Shown: one piece after another, positions 58,885-64,000 of the stretch
Position numbering within the stretch: position 1 is the stretch's first letter
How the letters are laid out: each line of letters begins with the position of its first letter
Translations under genes and position numbers: made by a program
Notes under the pieces: generated by a model
Databases searched by the model: none
Seen by the model: only the letters and a program-made list of their open reading frames with translations
What the model was told of the DNA's origin: nothing
DNA from: Rhodospirillaceae bacterium
GTDB lineage: Bacteria; Pseudomonadota; Alphaproteobacteria; UBA828
DNA length: 64,000 bases
Reading direction: 5' to 3'
Assembly (NCBI GenBank): GCA_018666805.1
Contig: JABIXB010000205.1
Coordinates: forward strand, 12,889 to 76,888

Positions 58885-59969
58885 ATGACGCTCGCGGTGT
58901 GATCCACCAGCGGGACAATGCGGGCATAGTTGATGCGGGTCGGCCCAATCACGCCGATGGCGCCGATGAAGCGCGATTTGCTGTCGCGGTAGGGCGCGAC
59001 GATCATCGAACATTCGGTGTTGTGGAACAATTCATTTTCGGCGCCGATGAAAATCTGCACCCCTTCGGCGCCTTCGGTACTCTCGAGCAATTGCACAAAG
59101 CCCTCCTTGCTGTCGAGCGCTTCGAACAGGCCGCGAATACGGTCGAGCTCCGCCATCGCCGTCACATCGTCAAGCAGATTGGCGCGGCCGCGCACGATCA
59201 GGGTGCCATTTTCCTTTTTCTCATTGGCCCAGGTCGCCAAGCCCGCTTCCACCACTTTGGCGGATAGCTCATCCAATTGGGCACGGTGCTCAGCCAATTC
59301 AAGATGTATTTCGGCGCGTACATCCTCCAGCGTGCGGCCCGACAGGCGCGCGTTGAGATAGTTGGCCGCCTCGGTAAGCGCCGATTGCGGCATGCCGGGC
59401 GGCAGGTTGATCACCCGATTCTCCACCACGCCGCTCTCGGTCACCATGATGGCGAGCGCCTCGCCGGGCCCGAGAGAGGCAAATTCAACCTGTTTAAACG
59501 GCACATCGGCGGTCGGCGCCAGCACCAGGCCGGCGCAGCGCGAGAGGCCGGAGAGCGCTTCAGTCGCCTCGCTCAGCATTTCCTCCACCGTGCGGCCCGA
59601 AGCATTACAGGGGCCCTCGATGCTCGAGCGCTCCTGATCGGTCAGATTGCCAACCTCAAGCAGGCCATCGACGAACAGGCGCAGACCAAGCTGGGTCGGC
59701 AGCCGCCCGGCCGAGGTATGCGGCGAGAACAGCAGGCCTGAATCTTCCAGATCCGCCATCACATTGCGGATGGTCGCCGGCGACAGCGGATTTTGCAGGC
59801 GGCGCGACAGGGTGCGCGAGCCGACCGGCTGGCCGGTCTGCATGAATTCCTCCACCAGCCGCCGTAAGACTTCCTGCGATCGCCCGTTTAGCTCATACAA
59901 CAATTCGAAATGCCCAATTAAGAGCGCAAAATATTGCGCCGACGCCCCTGAATGTAGTGAGCCCCCCAA
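58866..59969 (-). CDS. hrcA: Heat-inducible transcription repressor HrcA
   Basis: Winged-helix N-terminus (GQPVGSRTLSRRL), then the HrcA middle and C-terminal domains. The start codon is uncertain: the track start is TTG, and an inverted repeat overlaps the 5' end. Confidence 0.8.
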   Translation of the reverse strand: MGGSLHSGASAQYFALLIGHFELLYELNGRSQEVLRRLVEEFMQTGQPVGSRTLSRRLQNPLSPATIRNVMADLEDSGLLFSPHTSAGRLPTQLGLRLFVDGLLEVGNLTDQERSSIEGPCNASGRTVEEMLSEATEALSGLSRCAGLVLAPTADVPFKQVEFASLGPGEALAIMVTESGVVENRVINLPPGMPQSALTEAANYLNARLSGRTLEDVRAEIHLELAEHRAQLDELSAKVVEAGLATWANEKKENGTLIVRGRANLLDDVTAMAELDRIRGLFEALDSKEGFVQLLESTEGAEGVQIFIGAENELFHNTECSMIVAPYRDSKSRFIGAIGVIGPTRINYARIVPLVDHTASVIGRILS

Positions 59970-60057
59970 GCAGCGTCAACGGCTGGGGGGACACACGCTG
60001 GACGCATGCCGGGCGCTCGGTTAGGGTCCGGAAAATTCAAACATATGGAGAATAATT

Positions 60058-60780
60058 ATGCGTCCTTCCGGCAGACAGCTCGACGAATTGCGCGCCATTT
60101 CGTTGCAGCCGGGTTTCAGTAAACATGCCGAGGGATCATGCCTGGTCAAATTCGGCGATACTCATGTTCTCTGCACCGCCAGTGTGGAGACCCGCGTGCC
60201 GCCATTCCTGCGCAATTCAGGCCGTGGCTGGGTGACGGCGGAATACGGCATGCTGCCGCGCTCAACCGGATCGCGATCCGGGCGCGAAGCGGCGCGCGGC
60301 AAACAAGGCGGGCGGACGCATGAAATCCAACGCCTGATCGGGCGCTCGCTGCGCGCCGTGACCGAGATGACCGCCTTCGGCGAGCGCCAGGTGACGCTCG
60401 ATTGCGATGTCCTGCAGGCTGATGGCGGCACCCGCACGGCAGCGATCACCGGCGCCTATGTCGCGCTCCACCAGGCCTTTGACGGCTTGGTCAAAGCGGG
60501 TGAGATTAAACAAATACCCCTCAGCGATCAGATCGCGGCGGTAAGCTGCGGCATCTATAAGGGAGAGGCCGTTCTCGATCTCGATTACGACGAGGACAGC
60601 GTCGCCGATACGGACGCGAATTTCGTCCTCACCGGCTCAGGCGGGATTGTCGAAATTCAGGGCACCGCCGAAGGCGAGCCGTTTAGCGAGGAGGAGTTCC
60701 TTAAATTGATGGAATTGGCGAAAGCGGGCATTCAGCAATTGGCGGCGCTGCAACGCGATGCGCTTGGCCTGAGCGGTTGA
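60058..60780 (+). CDS. rph: Ribonuclease PH
   Basis: MRPSGR...LR N-terminus, [10 protein letters not shown] and [14 protein letters not shown] motifs; 240 aa. Confidence 0.95.
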   Translation: MRPSGRQLDELRAISLQPGFSKHAEGSCLVKFGDTHVLCTASVETRVPPFLRNSGRGWVTAEYGMLPRSTGSRSGREAARGKQGGRTHEIQRLIGRSLRAVTEMTAFGERQVTLDCDVLQADGGTRTAAITGAYVALHQAFDGLVKAGEIKQIPLSDQIAAVSCGIYKGEAVLDLDYDEDSVADTDANFVLTGSGGIVEIQGTAEGEPFSEEEFLKLMELAKAGIQQLAALQRDALGLSG

Positions 60781-60786
60781 TCTAAC

Positions 60787-61404
60787 ATGGCGCGCAAATT
60801 CAGCGGTGATCGGCTGGTTATTGCCAGCCACAATGCCGGCAAGGTGCGCGAGATGATCGAACTGATGGCGCCGTTCGGCGTCGAGGTTCATACCGCCGAA
60901 GCGCTTGGCCTGGCCGAGCCGGAAGAGACCGGGACGACCTTTCGCGCCAACGGCGAACTTAAGGCGCGCGCCTCGGCATTGGGCGCAAAGCTGCCGGCTT
61001 TCGCCGACGATTCAGGCTTGGTGGTGCCGGCCCTGAATGGCGATCCGGGAATCTATTCCGCGCGCTGGGCCGGCGAGACGCGGGATTTTGGCATTGCCAT
61101 GAATTTGGTCGAGGACGCGCTCAAAAAAACAGGAGCCTCGCCGGAAGATGCGAATGCCTATTTCGTCTCCGCCCTTTGCCTGTGTTGGCCGGACGGCCAT
61201 GTCGAGAATTTCGAGGGCGAGGTGCACGGCACCTTGAGCTTCCCGCCGCGCGGCGATAACGGCTTTGGCTACGATCCCATATTTGTCCCCGACGGATATA
61301 ACGTCACCTTCGGCGAAATGCCGGCAGTGGAGAAACACGCCCTCAGTCACCGCGCGCGGGCCTTCGAAAAACTTGTCGCCGCCTGTTTTCAGAGCGATGG
61401 CTGA
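60787..61404 (+). CDS. rdgB: Non-canonical purine NTP pyrophosphatase (RdgB/HAM1 family)
   Basis: ASHNAGK, DDSGL and GFGYDPIF motifs; 205 aa. Confidence 0.9.
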   Translation: MARKFSGDRLVIASHNAGKVREMIELMAPFGVEVHTAEALGLAEPEETGTTFRANGELKARASALGAKLPAFADDSGLVVPALNGDPGIYSARWAGETRDFGIAMNLVEDALKKTGASPEDANAYFVSALCLCWPDGHVENFEGEVHGTLSFPPRGDNGFGYDPIFVPDGYNVTFGEMPAVEKHALSHRARAFEKLVAACFQSDG

Positions 61405-62563
61405 GACGCGAAAAGACAGTTTGGCGGTTTACGTCCACTGGCCATTTTGCCTCTCCAAATGCCCCTACTGCGATTTTAATTCCCACGTCCGCGACAGCGT
61501 CGACGATGCGCGCTGGCGCCGCGCGCTCTGTCTCGAGATCGATTATTGGGCCGAACAAACGCCGGGGCGGCACGTCGGTAGCATTTTCTTCGGTGGCGGC
61601 ACGCCATCGCTGATGGCACCCGAGACAGTGGCGGCGGTAATCGAGCGGATCGGCATGAAATGGTCGCTCGACGCGGCGGCGGAAATCACCCTCGAAGCCA
61701 ATCCGACTTCCGCCGAGGCGGCGCGTTTTGCCGCCTTTCGCGAAGCTGGCGTCAACCGGCTCTCGCTCGGCGTCCAGGCGCTCGACGATACGGCGCTTAA
61801 ATTTCTCGGCCGCCAACATGATGCGAACGAAGCGCGCGCAGCGCTCGATCTCGCGCGCCGCATCTTTCCGCGTTTCTCATTCGATCTGATCTATGCCCGC
61901 CCGGAGCAAAGCGCCGCCGCCTGGCGTCAGGAATTGAGCACGGCGCTGGATATGGCGGCGGGGCATGTCTCGCTCTACCAGCTCACTATCGAAAAGGGCA
62001 CGCCGTTCTATACCCGCCAGCGCGACGGCGAGATAAACCCGCCCGGCGAGGCGCATGCCGCTGATCTTTTCGACATCACCAATGCGCTCGCCGCCACCGC
62101 CGGTTACAGCGCCTATGAAATTTCCAATTATGCGAAGCCAGCCCACGCCAGCCGCCACAATCTCGCTTATTGGCGTTATCAGGATTATGCCGGCATTGGC
62201 CCCGGCGCGCATGGCCGCCTGCGGACGGCAGAGAACGGCGCCCGCGCCCTGCGCCAACACGCCAAGCCGGAAACCTGGCTGGAGGCTGTCGAACGCGTCG
62301 GTCACGGCAGCGCCGAGGCGCGGCCCCTAGAGCCAACAGAGCAGGCCGAGGAAATGCTGATGATGGGGCTGCGTCTGCACGAAGGTATAAATTTGGTGTT
62401 TTTTACCGAACGTACCGGCCTGACCCTGGAGCAGGCAATTCGTCCCGGCGCTTTGACGCGTCTCGGCGATGGCGGCTTGCTCAGCCATGACGGACAAAAT
62501 TTGCGCGCCACGGATAAAGGACGCAACGTGCTCAACAGCCTGTTATCTGAGCTATTCGCCTAG
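61397..62563 (+). CDS. hemW: Radical SAM heme chaperone HemW (HemN-like, oxygen-independent coproporphyrinogen-III oxidase family)
   Basis: [10 protein letters not shown] radical-SAM CxxxCxxC motif in the form YVHWPFC..C.YC. Start placed at MAETRKD; it overlaps rdgB by 8 bp. This is the conserved rph-rdgB-hemW order. Confidence 0.85.
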   Translation: MAETRKDSLAVYVHWPFCLSKCPYCDFNSHVRDSVDDARWRRALCLEIDYWAEQTPGRHVGSIFFGGGTPSLMAPETVAAVIERIGMKWSLDAAAEITLEANPTSAEAARFAAFREAGVNRLSLGVQALDDTALKFLGRQHDANEARAALDLARRIFPRFSFDLIYARPEQSAAAWRQELSTALDMAAGHVSLYQLTIEKGTPFYTRQRDGEINPPGEAHAADLFDITNALAATAGYSAYEISNYAKPAHASRHNLAYWRYQDYAGIGPGAHGRLRTAENGARALRQHAKPETWLEAVERVGHGSAEARPLEPTEQAEEMLMMGLRLHEGINLVFFTERTGLTLEQAIRPGALTRLGDGGLLSHDGQNLRATDKGRNVLNSLLSELFA

Positions 62564-64000
62564 CGTTTTTTGTTCGGTGTGCGACACGGCAAAGCGGCCG
62601 GGCGGCGGGCTGACGACGAGAACATTAGCGCTCCCTGCGGCGCTCCCTGTGGCGCGCCCGGCAATTTCCAACACCGCCAGGCCGCGCTCCGGCAGGCCGT
62701 CGCTGGAAAAGCGGAAAATGCCGCCGGCACCAAGAAAACCGCGCGTACTGGCGAGCGCTTCCGCATCGAATGCCTCACCCTCGGCGCGGCGCGCCAGAGC
62801 CGCGGCCAGAGCCGTCGCGTCATAGGCCAAAGTAGCAATGCGGTGTGGCGTGTAGCCATACATACTCTCAAACCGCCCGACGAAATCGGCGCGCGCCGCA
62901 GGCGGTGGGCCGACATACCAGCCACCGACAAGTGTCGGTTCGCTGAGCGTTTCGGGATTATCCCAGAGCCCGGTGCCGAGGAAACGAACCTTGGCCGGGT
63001 CGATATCGTAATAGGGCAGCAGCGGGACAACCCGATTTAGGCTTTCGCCGCCATCGGGCAACAACAAAGCATCGAAGGGAACCTCGCCCAGCGTATCCAG
63101 GCCCTCGAGCCGGCGCAGCGCACGCTGGGAAACTTCATCATCGCGCCCCTCCAGTGCCTTGCGTTCGGCATTCAATTCACCGCGCCGCTGGTCGTAATCA
63201 GCCAAGCCACGCACCACCGCATCGGCATCCGAGAGATCGAGCATGTAAAAAGCGACACGCGAGAACTCCGCGCCCACCGCCTCGACCGCGACCCGCATCT
63301 GGCTCGCCACGGCATTGCCATAGGCGGAGCGCGGCGCCAGCACGGCAAAACGCCGGAGGCCGTTCTCATAAGCAAAGCCGACAAGCCGCGCGATCTGTTG
63401 GCGTGAGGTATGGCCGAGCAGATAGACACCGTCTCCGGCCACTTCGGTATCGGTGGAAAAGGCGACCACATTCACCCCGGCAACACGCGCAACCGGCGTC
63501 ACGGCGCTCACTTCTTCGCTCAATAACGGCCCGAGCAGAAGCGCCGCGCCATCCGCCAACAGGCCCTCCGCTGCGCGCAGTGCGCCTGCGGCGGTGCCGC
63601 CGGTATCGCGCGGCTGCAAGATAAAGCGCTGATCGGCAACATCGAACAGCGCCAATTGCGCGGCGTCGAGAAGCGCCGCGCCCTCGCGCGCCAGGGCGCC
63701 GGTCAAGGGCAGCAACAGGCCGACCTTAACCGGCGCCGTGGTGCTCGGTGGCGCCTGTTCAATTTCAGCCTCCAGGGCTTCGGTCAGTACCGCGAGCGCT
63801 ATTTCCTCACTTGCACTAACGCCTCCATCATCCGCCGGCGCTTCGGCTGTCTCGACTTTTTCGGGCTTGGGTTTCACCGGTGTGGACGGCTCGACCGCGC
63901 TTTTTTCAGTCTCGACCGATTGCGATTTTGCAGGAGGGGTTTTGTCCTCAGCGCTGCGCGAGGGTAAACTCGGCGCCTGACACGCAGTAGTCAGCACCAA
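62552..64000 (-). CDS. Periplasmic-binding-protein-fold (Peripla_BP_6 / LpoA-like) lipoprotein; the N-terminal end probably lies outside the window
   Basis: Type-I periplasmic binding fold pattern (VGLLLPLTGALAREG, NVVAFSTD, GHTSRQQIARL). A Pro/Glu/Lys-rich N-terminal linker and a possible lipobox LTTAC near the window edge. The real start is likely outside the window. Confidence 0.5.
   Translation of the reverse strand: MVLTTACQAPSLPSRSAEDKTPPAKSQSVETEKSAVEPSTPVKPKPEKVETAEAPADDGGVSASEEIALAVLTEALEAEIEQAPPSTTAPVKVGLLLPLTGALAREGAALLDAAQLALFDVADQRFILQPRDTGGTAAGALRAAEGLLADGAALLLGPLLSEEVSAVTPVARVAGVNVVAFSTDTEVAGDGVYLLGHTSRQQIARLVGFAYENGLRRFAVLAPRSAYGNAVASQMRVAVEAVGAEFSRVAFYMLDLSDADAVVRGLADYDQRRGELNAERKALEGRDDEVSQRALRRLEGLDTLGEVPFDALLLPDGGESLNRVVPLLPYYDIDPAKVRFLGTGLWDNPETLSEPTLVGGWYVGPPPAARADFVGRFESMYGYTPHRIATLAYDATALAAALARRAEGEAFDAEALASTRGFLGAGGIFRFSSDGLPERGLAVLEIAGRATGSAAGSANVLVVSPPPGRFAVSHTEQKTLGE

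Noticed and set aside
59961-59990. Inverted repeat GCCCCCCA-N15-TGGGGGG at the 5' end of hrcA, and a search for CIRCE
   Set aside because: No CIRCE consensus was found. The inverted repeat overlaps the uncertain hrcA start and may just be GC-rich sequence, so I did not call it a regulatory feature.

Overview
This 64-kb window is GC-rich and reads as chromosomal DNA from an alphaproteobacterium. Coding density is above 90%, and it is mostly conserved housekeeping blocks. These are: gpsA; a cbtB-cbtA cobalt transporter pair, probably under a cobalamin riboswitch; pckA; the block aroA-cmk-rpsA-sppA-ihfB-lapA-trpF-trpB-trpA-accD-folC; mutS; phoR-porin-pstCAB-phoU-phoB, with no pstS in the window; ampG; nth; dapB; a contiguous hrcA-grpE-dnaK-dnaJ; and rph-rdgB-hemW. 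There is one tRNA-Ala(GGC). Directly after it lies about 10 kb of more accessory-looking DNA with AT-rich intergenic regions. That stretch holds a minus-strand cluster (GST, luciferase-like oxidoreductase, LapG-like transglutaminase-like cysteine protease, cytoplasmic hybrid histidine kinase, DUF1326), two small secreted Cys-containing proteins, and a metabolic module of PLP-decarboxylase, class-III aminotransferase, VOC protein and 2-hydroxyacid dehydrogenase. Other unusual items are a periplasmic protein combining TPR repeats, 45-bp acidic tandem repeats and a C-terminal POTRA_2-like domain with no barrel; a 261-bp MITE-like element with 32-bp inverted ends 8 bp upstream of that gene; a tightly coupled EI24/CysZ-like membrane protein, bactofilin and lipoprotein operon; a PodJ-N-terminus-like coiled-coil protein behind a 320-bp AT-rich region with a CtrA-box-like motif; and two short tandem duplications (18 and 21 bp) that each straddle a stop/start junction. 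No CRISPR array, integrase, transposase, toxin-antitoxin pair or recognisable defence system was found. All calls come from reading the translations and DNA directly; no database search was run.
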